A stretch of 62,017 nucleotides of DNA, filler included. It is 3 parts of 3 records of this genome, joined end to end, with 100 filler letters (N's around TTAATTAATTAA, not from the genome) between each part and the next. Parts side by side here need not be neighbours in the genome. Positions count along the whole stretch, not along the records: positions 24,009 to 55,674 come from SRR31156797_1249; 2 more parts are not named here. The stretch is one strand, 5' to 3'. The notes beneath the pieces are model-generated. The model did no database searches and had not been told where the DNA came from. It saw only the letters and a program-made list of their open reading frames with translations. Below, piece after piece: positions 38,091 through 46,799 of this stretch. The first letter of the stretch is position 1. Every line of letters starts with the position of its first letter. The position numbers and the translations under genes were made by a program.

Positions 38091-38777
38091 CTATGCCCGT
38101 CTAATCTGGCTAATGGTTTGCTGGGCCAGATCTGTAATGAACTGGTCCGTTTTTTCGGGAGTCACACCCAGAAACGGACGTTCCGGGAGTTTAATTTTCC
38201 ATTTTCTGGAACGCGGGGACGGATCCCCCCTTAAAATATGTATGAGCATTGCCGCCCGGGCGTTGGTCATGTTCTGCATGATCCATTTAATGCTGACCCT
38301 TTTCAGGCGGATTTTGCCGCGCTTGCCCTTCACAGGCAGCTTGTAGCCCTCGGCCAGCAATTGCTTGGCAATGGTTCTGGACGCAGGGCGTTCATTGCGT
38401 TCCCTGCTCTTCAGTTTTTTATTCTGCTGCTTGGCGGTAATGTTCTGGGTAACGCCGTGCTGGTGGCGGTATGCAATCTGGGCTTTACGGCCGTTCTTCC
38501 AAGTCACTTCCCGGCGGAACTTTCCGGTTTTCTTGGCAACCAGCCCCTTACCCATCTTGCGCAGCAGCTTGCGTTTACCATTCTTGCGCGGTTCCATTGC
38601 GGATCCGGACACGGTGCGCTGCTGGCGGATATTCTTGCGGCTGTCCTTGATTACTTCCCGGGCTACGCCGTTAACGAATCTGGCCTGTTCCCGTGGCGGC
38701 AGGGTCAAAATATGGAGCTGCCGTTTCAGTCTCTTCAGATCTGAAGCACCTAGATTGCAGCTCAATTCGCTACCCAT
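38091..38777 (-). CDS. Virion morphogenesis protein (gpS-like)
   Basis: NIRQQRTVSG..MEPRK, HQHG, LPERPFLG; very basic. Confidence 0.8.
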   Translation of the reverse strand: MGSELSCNLGASDLKRLKRQLHILTLPPREQARFVNGVAREVIKDSRKNIRQQRTVSGSAMEPRKNGKRKLLRKMGKGLVAKKTGKFRREVTWKNGRKAQIAYRHQHGVTQNITAKQQNKKLKSRERNERPASRTIAKQLLAEGYKLPVKGKRGKIRLKRVSIKWIMQNMTNARAAMLIHILRGDPSPRSRKWKIKLPERPFLGVTPEKTDQFITDLAQQTISQIRRA

Positions 38778-39243
38778 CAGTTTCACCTTGGGTTTCGGAT
38801 TTACCGTCCATCTTTTCCAGCTCTTCAGCTACATCAATATCCAGCGGACACACGGACCATGTTTCCCCATTCCATTTTATAGGTCCGTCAGGATCACGGC
38901 GAACAATCACCGGCTCTTCAAAAAAAATAGATATATCAACATTGACCAGTTCTCGGCTTTCAGGAGCCACTTCAAAAGTAGGATCAGGCAGATCCAGCTT
39001 TACGCGGTAGGGGTCATTCTCTCCCAGCCATGAAGTTACATGGGCCAGCAGCAAAGTGGCATCACCCTTGAAATGCTCAATTTCAAAAACGGCTTCATAC
39101 TTCAGCTGGCAAAGTTCCATGCAGTTGCCAAGATCCTTCCCGGTATTCTCGGTCTTGATATGGTCCGCAAAGCATTCCAGCTGTTCACGCGGCAAGCCGG
39201 TTACTTCCAGCAGGAATTGAGATAGAGCCTGAAAAAGCTGCAT
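38770..39243 (-). CDS. Tail completion protein (gpR-like)
   Basis: Position after L; YEAVFEIE, W..END, F.EP. Confidence 0.7.
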   Translation of the reverse strand: MQLFQALSQFLLEVTGLPREQLECFADHIKTENTGKDLGNCMELCQLKYEAVFEIEHFKGDATLLLAHVTSWLGENDPYRVKLDLPDPTFEVAPESRELVNVDISIFFEEPVIVRRDPDGPIKWNGETWSVCPLDIDVAEELEKMDGKSETQGETDG

Positions 39244-39719
39244 TACATGGCCTCAACTGCGATAGTTGATTTTCCCTGCAACGCAGTAAGGGCAATCCGC
39301 GCTTTCTTCATAAAATCATCAGCCTGAGTTTCCACGTCTTCAACATCGTTAGCTCTGCTGGCCGACTTGGCGCGGACCATGGATTCATATTGCGGAAGCA
39401 GCTCCGCCTTGGCATGGCAGCACACTGCATGCTTGTAGTGCAGTTCCTTGACAGTATCGCCGCCGATCAGGTCAGCGGGGGGAACTGTCTTTAAAATTTC
39501 GTAACCGGCTGCAATCTGTTCAGCCTTCCAGCTCACAAGCTGGGAGTTGGCCCAAGCAATGGAAAGCTGCAGCTGGTTCTTGACCAGACCGGATTCAAAT
39601 TCCGAAGGAATGCGGTACATCTCTTGGATGTATCCAACAGAAAGATCCGGAAAGAACCCGTCATTTTTAACGGGCAGATCTGCAACTTTTTCATCAGGAA
39701 GGCCAAGGAATGAGGACAT
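39243..39719 (-). CDS. Head completion/stabilisation protein (gpL-like)
   Basis: NDGFFPDL, YKHAVCCHAKAEL. Confidence 0.85.
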   Translation of the reverse strand: MSSFLGLPDEKVADLPVKNDGFFPDLSVGYIQEMYRIPSEFESGLVKNQLQLSIAWANSQLVSWKAEQIAAGYEILKTVPPADLIGGDTVKELHYKHAVCCHAKAELLPQYESMVRAKSASRANDVEDVETQADDFMKKARIALTALQGKSTIAVEAM

Positions 39720-39819
39720 TAAAAACTCTCTTTAAAATTCCGGCCCTTTCAGGTCTAAGATCCGTGCAAAAGGAAACCTAAAAACGGAACTGACCATCAG
39801 GGCCGGGTGGTACGGGTAG

Positions 39820-40524
39820 CTAGTTTGTAGCGGGTTCTTCTTCGTAAGATTCTGCGGCCAGCTTCTTCTGGATCTTATCCAGTCTGGTTTTGACCTTCCC
39901 GCCCAGAGCCATGGAAGCCTGAAGCATTACGGCAGCATCTTCCAGTCTGCCGTCCTGCTCATCCTGAAAGCCCATGCACTTGTGAAGGTGGGCAGAAACA
40001 TTATCTGCAATGTCCCAGTCATGATCTTCCACGGCTTCAAAAAGAAGGGAAATATAAGGATCAGCAGACTTATTGTCGGCAAGCTCTGCTTCAGCCCATT
40101 TGCAGACTTCACCCACAAAAAAGGTGGGAAGCTTGGATTTGAAACGCTCGGGCAGTTCAATGCCTTTTTCCACGCACATCAGGCCGTAAGGAAGTGCTTC
40201 GTCAATTTCACCTGCGTCCAGCAGCCAGACAAGGTAGTAGCCAAGTAGCGGATGGATCTGGCCGGAATCTTCAAGGCGGGAAACGTATTCCCGGCACTCG
40301 GGAATTAATACGTTTTTCTTGTATTCAATCTTGCGCTGTATGCCTTCAAAACTTTTCAGCACCTGAAGGTGTTCTTCAAGATAGTCGTTAAGCAGCTCGA
40401 CAAGCTGCTGTGCTCCGATATGGCCACCGCCTACGTGGAGTACGCGTTTTTTTTCTACGGGTCCGACTCCGGGAAGCTGGCCAGTTTTTTCAAATGCTTT
40501 CATCTGTGCGAGTAACAAGCTCAT
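39820..40524 (-). CDS. Terminase small subunit (gpM-like)
   Basis: KIEYKK.VLIP, VWLLDAG, LPERFK; position between capsid and L. Confidence 0.82.
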   Translation of the reverse strand: MSLLLAQMKAFEKTGQLPGVGPVEKKRVLHVGGGHIGAQQLVELLNDYLEEHLQVLKSFEGIQRKIEYKKNVLIPECREYVSRLEDSGQIHPLLGYYLVWLLDAGEIDEALPYGLMCVEKGIELPERFKSKLPTFFVGEVCKWAEAELADNKSADPYISLLFEAVEDHDWDIADNVSAHLHKCMGFQDEQDGRLEDAAVMLQASMALGGKVKTRLDKIQKKLAAESYEEEPATN

Positions 40525-40582
40525 TTATTCATATCCTTGTAAGGGGTGGCGGGGACATTGCGCCCCCGCCGATTGTCGGAGA

Positions 40583-41605
40583 CTACAGCCAACCACCTGC
40601 GCCATCAGGAAGCTCTACGTTTTCGAATTCCCAGCCAACAAAGGCTTCAGGGTTTTCAACCACATAGCCCTCATTACGAGAGTTAAAATCTTCAACGCGG
40701 TCTTTTTCCGGCTTGTCTTTCATCTGCCTGCGCCAAGAGCCGGACTGCACATAAATAGAAAGGTTGGAAAGAGAAGTGATAACCAGTCCACGACTGGGAA
40801 AATTGGAAGGAGTTTCCCAAGGAAGACCGCCGAACTTATCAAGGGAGGCTGTCGCCTGCAGCTTCTTGTTAGGATCATCTGCAACACCCTTATAGAGTGC
40901 AGTGGATTCCTTACCGATCAGTTCATCACCGACCAGAACAACCAGATCCTTGCGCAACCATTTGGGAATACCCTGCAAAAGGTCGGAAACTGCATGATCC
41001 AGATTTTCAAAATCTCCGCCGAGGCCGACCCTGATTTTTCCTGCAGTTGCCCCCTGAACAAGAATCTTGGCAGGCTTGTTATCGCGCATGTACTGCATCC
41101 AGCCCTTGTTCACATCCTGCAGCAGCGGGTTAGCTACAATATCGGTATCAACGGCAGCAGAAGTACCGTTCCAGCCGATCAGCTCCCGGTCATTGGCTAC
41201 GCGTTCATGGACATAGCGCACATAACGGACATCAAAATCATTAAACTTGGCCCATGCATCAAGGTGCGCATAGGTCATGTAAACATCGGAGTTTGTCTTG
41301 TGCAGCTCGTATTTAGTGGAATCCATACCCAGCAGATTTCTGGGAACACGTTCCTTATCACCGCTGGTGTCAGTACGCCCGGAAACAGGTCCGTTAGCAT
41401 AGCCAAGGATATTCTCACCCATCATTTCATCAACGATGAGAACGTTGATTTTGGCAAGAAAAGTAGACTGCTCTACAATCTTATCCTGCAGCTGCTGTTC
41501 AACACTGGGTTCAACAGTGAACTGCTGAATTACGCTTTCTACGCTGTAACCGAGAGCAATGGCCGCTTGCAGATTCTGATACTGCTTTCTGGAATAGGCA
41601 TTCAT
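40583..41605 (-). CDS. Major capsid protein, P2 family (gpN-like)
   Basis: FTVEPSVEQ, LDAWAKF, IGWNG, NPLLQDVNKGW, TSLSNLSIY, SRNEGYVVE. Confidence 0.95.
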   Translation of the reverse strand: MNAYSRKQYQNLQAAIALGYSVESVIQQFTVEPSVEQQLQDKIVEQSTFLAKINVLIVDEMMGENILGYANGPVSGRTDTSGDKERVPRNLLGMDSTKYELHKTNSDVYMTYAHLDAWAKFNDFDVRYVRYVHERVANDRELIGWNGTSAAVDTDIVANPLLQDVNKGWMQYMRDNKPAKILVQGATAGKIRVGLGGDFENLDHAVSDLLQGIPKWLRKDLVVLVGDELIGKESTALYKGVADDPNKKLQATASLDKFGGLPWETPSNFPSRGLVITSLSNLSIYVQSGSWRRQMKDKPEKDRVEDFNSRNEGYVVENPEAFVGWEFENVELPDGAGGWL

Positions 41606-42462
41606 TAAAGAAGACCTCCTTTAGCAGCACCTTCGTTTTCCGGAACATGGGTGCCGGGGTTGGCCTGTTCAAGACGGGTGGTGAATTCTTTCACGGTAGT
41701 AACAAGCTCGGTGAGCTGGCCGGAAAGCTGGGAAAATTCCTTGCTAGGCTCTTCTGTCTTGGTCTTGGGTTCAGGCTCGCCTTCGCCTTTCCCTTCCTCC
41801 GGATTCATGGCTTTAGCCATGGCAGCAAACTGTTCACTCAGATTGCCCAGAGAATCATTAAGCTGTTTGAACTGTTTTGCGTTCATTTCTTCGCTGTCCT
41901 CTTCAGGTGTTTCGGGTTCTTTATTGGGACTCTGAGAAGCGGAAAAAACAGCAAGCAACTTTTTTGCCCAGCCGGGAGCTTCTTCAGAATCTTCGGTTTT
42001 AAATTCGCTGGGTAGCTCTACGCCGCAACAATATATACTGCTCTTTTCAAACTGCTTGCGGTGGGAAAAAAGCTGAGAGAACTGCAATTCCTGAGTTCCA
42101 AGAGACGCAGGCGTATCGGTCACGCCCAGTCCGGTCAGATATACCTTGCCGGATTCGGCAAAATTGTCGGTTAACTCCATGGAGGTATAGAGCTTCTGGC
42201 CGCTCTTGTTGTAAGAAAGCAGCAAGTCATTAGGCTGAAGCTTGGCATAAAGAGAGGTAATGCCGTCCTTTTCTTCTACCTTAAGTTCCACAACCTTCCC
42301 GGCATTGCTCCACTTGAAATGGTCAGGCCAGATCAGAGCTACATAAGTATCCAGATTGTATGTCTCAGCAGCTTCATGAAGCCATGAGGCTTCAATATTT
42401 CTACCATCAACAGTAGGTCCGCTCTGTGCGATCTTTACAAATTCAGTTACAAGCTTTTTCAT
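41605..42462 (-). CDS. Capsid scaffolding/protease (gpO-like)
   Basis: IAQSGPTVDGRNI, QKLYTSME, YLTGLGVTDTPASLGT. Confidence 0.93.
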   Translation of the reverse strand: MKKLVTEFVKIAQSGPTVDGRNIEASWLHEAAETYNLDTYVALIWPDHFKWSNAGKVVELKVEEKDGITSLYAKLQPNDLLLSYNKSGQKLYTSMELTDNFAESGKVYLTGLGVTDTPASLGTQELQFSQLFSHRKQFEKSSIYCCGVELPSEFKTEDSEEAPGWAKKLLAVFSASQSPNKEPETPEEDSEEMNAKQFKQLNDSLGNLSEQFAAMAKAMNPEEGKGEGEPEPKTKTEEPSKEFSQLSGQLTELVTTVKEFTTRLEQANPGTHVPENEGAAKGGLL

Positions 42463-42616
42463 TGTTCTTAATCTGCCTCATTAAGTACGTTACAACTTTT
42501 ATTCAGATGCAACTTTAAGCTTCACAAAACAATGCAACAAGAAAATTAATTTTGATTTCGCTTAAATCAAAAACAAAACTGGATTTAGAACTATTTTTTT
42601 TATGTATTGTGACCTC

Positions 42617-44392
42617 ATGTCACAATATCCCGTTGAAGTTAAGAACGCTGCAAGGTCGCTATATTTAAAGCGATACAAAATTAAAGAGATTGCAGAAACA
42701 TTAAATATAAAGGTACGCACTCTTTATCATTGGGCAGATATTGATAACTGGAATGATTTACTTGCTTATGAAACAGCAGAAGAGGCCATAAACAGAAGAT
42801 TAACGTTACTCGCAGAACGCGATAACAAGACAGAAGCGGACCGTGCTGAATTTGATGTACTACTTACTTCACTGGAACGGCTGGAAAGACTCAGCCGCCG
42901 CAAACGTTCCACTGAAGAGAACGCAGAAGCTGAAGCAGCCGCCGACACTGGCCATAGCAGGGGAAAGAAAAAGGGAAGCAAGCGCGGCAAGAAGAAAATC
43001 AAGAACGATGTTTCGCACCTCACGGAAGCGGACTTTAAAGAGAAGTTTCATAAAAATTTCTTCGGTTATCAAAAGGATCTTTACGACAACCAGACCGACG
43101 AAAACGGCAAGCAACGCCGTAACCGGTTCATTCTCAAATCAAGGCAGATTGGTGCCACATGGTATTTCGCACAGGAAGCTTTTGAACGGGCATGCCTAAC
43201 CGGCGATAACCAGATATTTCTTTCCGCCACCAGAGCGCAGGCGGAAGTTTTCAGGGATTATATTGTTTCCTTGGCCAAGCAACATTTTGACATTGACCTG
43301 AAAGGGAACCCGCTGAAGCTACACACCAAACACGGCACAGCGACACTATATTTCCTGTCGAACAATTCGAAATCTGCACAGTCCTATCATGGACATGTTT
43401 ATATTGATGAATGTTTCTGGATCCAGAAATTCGGCGAGCTTTACAAGGTGGCCACAGGCATGGCCGCCCACAAAAAATGGAGAAGAACTTTCCTTTCCAC
43501 GCCGTCATCAATCAACCATGAAGCATACCCTCTTTGGTCCGGAGACAATTACAATAAGCGCTTTGCTAAGAAACGGGTTAAGTTTCCCAGCTTTAAAGAA
43601 ATGCGAGCTGGCGCGGAAGGTCCGGACAAGATCTGGCGCAAGGTCATTACCCTTGACGATGCTGAAAAAGGCGGCTGTGACCTCTTCGATAAAGAAGAAC
43701 TTAAGCTGGAATACTCGCGTGACGATTACAACAACCTTTTTATGTGTCAGTTTATGGATGACACGCTTTCTGTGTTCAGGCTTAAGCTGCTTGAGGCATG
43801 TGGCGTGGATCCCGACACATGGAAAGACTTCGATTATGAAAACCTATCATCAATCGGCAACCGTCCGGTATGGTGCGGTTACGATCCATCCAGAACCAAA
43901 GATGATGCTTCCTTTGTTGTAGCCCTGCCCCCGCTGGAAAAAGGCGGAAAGTTCCGAGTCGTTGAAAGATATAAATGGGTAAACAAAAGTTTTGCATGGC
44001 AGGCAGCCCAGATCAAAAAAATAGTCAGCCGTTACAATGTCCAGTTCATGGGCATCGATGTCACCGGCCCGGGCATTGGTGTGTTCGAAAAGGTTTTGGA
44101 ATTCTATCCGGCCGCAACGGCTATCCACTACAGCGTAGAGACGAAAAACCACATGGTGCTCAAGGCTCAAGAGGTGATTGAGGAGGGGAGACTGGAATGG
44201 GACGCTGCCCAGACTGACATAGCCCACGCCTTTATGACCATCCGCAAGACCACCACTGGAAACGGAAAAATTATTTATGCATCCAGACGCACAGCCTCAA
44301 CCGGCCATGCTGATTCTGCATGGGCAATTATGCACGCCCTGCAGCATGAACCAATCAACAACAGATATGCGACCAGTTGCGTAGCAGTATAG
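42617..44392 (+). CDS. Terminase large (ATPase) subunit (gpP-like)
   Basis: ILKSRQIGATWYFA, VYIDECFW, STPS, GYDPS, GHADSAWA. Confidence 0.95.
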   Translation: MSQYPVEVKNAARSLYLKRYKIKEIAETLNIKVRTLYHWADIDNWNDLLAYETAEEAINRRLTLLAERDNKTEADRAEFDVLLTSLERLERLSRRKRSTEENAEAEAAADTGHSRGKKKGSKRGKKKIKNDVSHLTEADFKEKFHKNFFGYQKDLYDNQTDENGKQRRNRFILKSRQIGATWYFAQEAFERACLTGDNQIFLSATRAQAEVFRDYIVSLAKQHFDIDLKGNPLKLHTKHGTATLYFLSNNSKSAQSYHGHVYIDECFWIQKFGELYKVATGMAAHKKWRRTFLSTPSSINHEAYPLWSGDNYNKRFAKKRVKFPSFKEMRAGAEGPDKIWRKVITLDDAEKGGCDLFDKEELKLEYSRDDYNNLFMCQFMDDTLSVFRLKLLEACGVDPDTWKDFDYENLSSIGNRPVWCGYDPSRTKDDASFVVALPPLEKGGKFRVVERYKWVNKSFAWQAAQIKKIVSRYNVQFMGIDVTGPGIGVFEKVLEFYPAATAIHYSVETKNHMVLKAQEVIEEGRLEWDAAQTDIAHAFMTIRKTTTGNGKIIYASRRTASTGHADSAWAIMHALQHEPINNRYATSCVAV

Positions 44393-44400
44393 GAGTAAAA

Positions 44401-45387
44401 ATGGATAACATGGACAACGTAGAAATGTTTAAGTTTGGAGATCCGGAAACAGTCCTTTCCAATTCTTTAACTGAGCACCTTGGAATATGGCTGCTGGACA
44501 ACGGCCGCTACTATTCCACTCCGGTTCCGTGGCACGGCCTCGCCCGTCTGCTTAACGCCAACGCCTATCACGGCCCTTTGCTGGAGTTCAAAACTAATAT
44601 GGTTATGCGTGGTTTCCAAGGCTCCAGAGCGCTTAATCGTCAAACCATGCATGCGGCCGTTACGGATTACAACGTGTTTCTGAACTGCTATTTCCAGAAG
44701 ATCATAAATTTTCTGGGTGAGGTCATCAAAGTCAAGCACCTGCCAGCTCTCAACATGCGCAGGGCCAAAAAGGAAGATCAGTATTGCATGCTTAGTAAAA
44801 CCGGGGAAATCACATATTTTGAACCCGGGGAAGTGGTCCATATCAAAAACTACGACGTGAACCAGACAATCTACGGAATGCCCGGGTATCTGGGTGCGAT
44901 TCAATCCATGCTGCTGAATGAAGACGCAACCCTGTTCCGCCGTAAATACTATTTAAATGGTGCGCACATGGGATACATTTTTTACAGCTCTTCAGCGAGT
45001 CTCAGCGATGAAGATAGAGACACGCTCAAGAAGGCGGTTAAATCCACAAAAGGTCCGGGCAACTTCCGGAACATTTTTCTGCACCTGCCCAACGGCAAAG
45101 AAAAGGACGTTCAAATCATCCCGGTGGGTGACTTCTCGACCAAAGACGAACTGGAAAAAATCAAGAATATATCCCGTGACGACATCATAGCCGCGCACCG
45201 GATCCCCCCCGCGCTGGCCGCTATCATCCCCACCAATACGGCCGGATTCGGTGACGTGACAAAAATAGACGCGATCTACGAAAAAAATGAAATTACTCCG
45301 GTGCGGGAAAACCTGCTTGAAATCAATGAACACCTGACAAACGCTGGTCAAATCAGCTTTGAAGCGTTACAACAAGTCTTAGAATAA
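44401..45387 (+). CDS. Portal protein (gpQ/PBSX family)
   Basis: IYGMPGY, LLNEDATLFRRKYYLNGAHMG, AAHRIPP, GFGD. Confidence 0.95.
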   Translation: MDNMDNVEMFKFGDPETVLSNSLTEHLGIWLLDNGRYYSTPVPWHGLARLLNANAYHGPLLEFKTNMVMRGFQGSRALNRQTMHAAVTDYNVFLNCYFQKIINFLGEVIKVKHLPALNMRRAKKEDQYCMLSKTGEITYFEPGEVVHIKNYDVNQTIYGMPGYLGAIQSMLLNEDATLFRRKYYLNGAHMGYIFYSSSASLSDEDRDTLKKAVKSTKGPGNFRNIFLHLPNGKEKDVQIIPVGDFSTKDELEKIKNISRDDIIAAHRIPPALAAIIPTNTAGFGDVTKIDAIYEKNEITPVRENLLEINEHLTNAGQISFEALQQVLE

Positions 45388-45408
45388 CAAACTGGAGGAT
45401 TTAACACC

Positions 45409-45660
45409 GTGAGTGTAAGAGTGAAATGTTGTAAATGCGGATCTGTTGCAATTATTGTTGCCAACAGTGAAGAAAGCGAAACATACAAAAAATTATATTG
45501 CAGCTGCAAAAATCCTGAGTGCGGGCATACGTTTGTTACTGACATGACATTTTCACACACGCTCAGTCCTTCCTCTCTGGATCTACCTGAACAGCTACGG
45601 GAAAAGCTCCAACATGCTCCGCCTTCAGAGCAAGCAAACCTTTTTGTTGATTTACCCTAG
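45409..45660 (+). CDS. ogr: Ogr/Delta-family zinc-finger late transcription activator
   Basis: CCKCG...LYCSCKNPECGHTFV...HTLSPS; GTG start after GGAGG. Confidence 0.9.
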   Translation: MSVRVKCCKCGSVAIIVANSEESETYKKLYCSCKNPECGHTFVTDMTFSHTLSPSSLDLPEQLREKLQHAPPSEQANLFVDLP

Positions 45661-45687
45661 CCTGATTTGACTGCCATTTGACTGAAC

Positions 45688-45732
45688 AAATAAAATCCCC
45701 GGTACTGGTGACAAGTACCGGGGATTTTATTT
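45688..45732. terminator. Bidirectional terminator between the P-Q-ogr and early operons
   Basis: AAATAAAATCCCCGGTACT-N7-AGTACCGGGGATTTTATTT. Confidence 0.85.
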
Positions 45733-45925
45733 AGCCTAACAAGCTGCACTGCTGCTGCCGTTTACTATGCCGCCGTTCCGGCTCCGGATCCGTTTCAATA
45801 TATTCATACTGGCCCACCAGATTCATGGGGACTGTCTGCCCGTTCTCCAACTTCAAATAGTTACTGTCTTCAAAAACAATCTGCTGAAGACGGCCTTCAA
45901 CCTTCAGGTATTTGCGTACTGCCAT
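45731..45925 (-). CDS. Small hypothetical protein
   Basis: 64 aa, AAGGA RBS. Confidence 0.55.
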   Translation of the reverse strand: MAVRKYLKVEGRLQQIVFEDSNYLKLENGQTVPMNLVGQYEYIETDPEPERRHSKRQQQCSLLG

Positions 45926-45944
45926 GTCTATTCCTTATTAGGTC

Positions 45945-46260
45945 TAGGGAGGGGGCTTCGCAAAGAGGTTACAGGGGTTACAGGGGGTAAAAACAGCAAC
46001 TAATTCGCTGAATTTACTCAATAAAGCTTGTAACCATATTTGCTTAATTCGGGTTACAGGGGGGTTACTAAAAAGGTGACATTCAACAAATTCAACACGT
46101 TATGATTTTGTGATTTGGTTACGTAAAAAGGTGACATCGTAACCTCTTGTAACCCGAATCGTCACTTTTCAGAATTGCTAATTAGTACTATATTTCAATA
46201 TATTAGATATATATTTATTTTTTGTAACCCGTGTAACCTTTTTCCGAAACCCCCTACCTA
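45945..46260. repeat. Iteron array bounded by 38-bp inverted repeats; probable replication origin
   Basis: About 13 GGT(T/G)AC(A) copies in both orientations, AT-rich stretch at 46170-46222, terminal IRs 33/38 identical. Confidence 0.78.
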
Positions 46261-46317
46261 CCATTTATTAAAACTTGCGCGCGCGTATACGTGTGCGCGC
46301 GTAAAAGTACATATAAC

Positions 46318-46788
46318 CTACTGCAATATTTTAAATATATAACACTTCATGGCCTTATTACTCAGTTGACTGCGGACAGTCCTATGCTTTTCAACAAGAA
46401 CATAGCGCTGAGAGTACGGAAGCCACTTAATTAAGGTCATACGGTCAAAGCCAGTATACCCATGCTCCGCACACAGGCTCATGAAGTGATTCAGGTTAAT
46501 GGCCAGCTCGTTATCATCTTTACGATGATTCAATTCAGCCCAATGCTTTTCCACGATCTTCCAGAACTTTTTCAAAACAGGTTCTTCCGGCAGATCCTTC
46601 AGGAAGTCTAATTGCTCCGGAATGGCAGCATCAACACCACAAAGCATTTCCGCCAGCTTCAACATGTCATAGACCTGCTTTTCCTTCAGATCTGCCTTGG
46701 CATAGGCTGACCAAACCTCGGCCAGCCATTTCAATTTTTCCGGGCTTACATCCACGGTACTGGGAATACGAATATGTATATCTGACAT
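46318..46788 (-). CDS. Protein paralogous to the primase C-terminal domain
   Basis: Shares FW, LNH, AINLNHF, LP.S.+Y..EK.R.VRS and KC..FK with the end of 46800-49445. Confidence 0.82.
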   Translation of the reverse strand: MSDIHIRIPSTVDVSPEKLKWLAEVWSAYAKADLKEKQVYDMLKLAEMLCGVDAAIPEQLDFLKDLPEEPVLKKFWKIVEKHWAELNHRKDDNELAINLNHFMSLCAEHGYTGFDRMTLIKWLPYSQRYVLVEKHRTVRSQLSNKAMKCYIFKILQ

Positions 46789-46799
46789 GTCCAAACCTC

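Noticed and set aside
45945-46260. CRISPR array or MITE
   Set aside because: Repeats are 6-7 nt, irregularly spaced and in both orientations, with no cas genes; no evident target-site duplication or transposase; context beside the primase favours an origin
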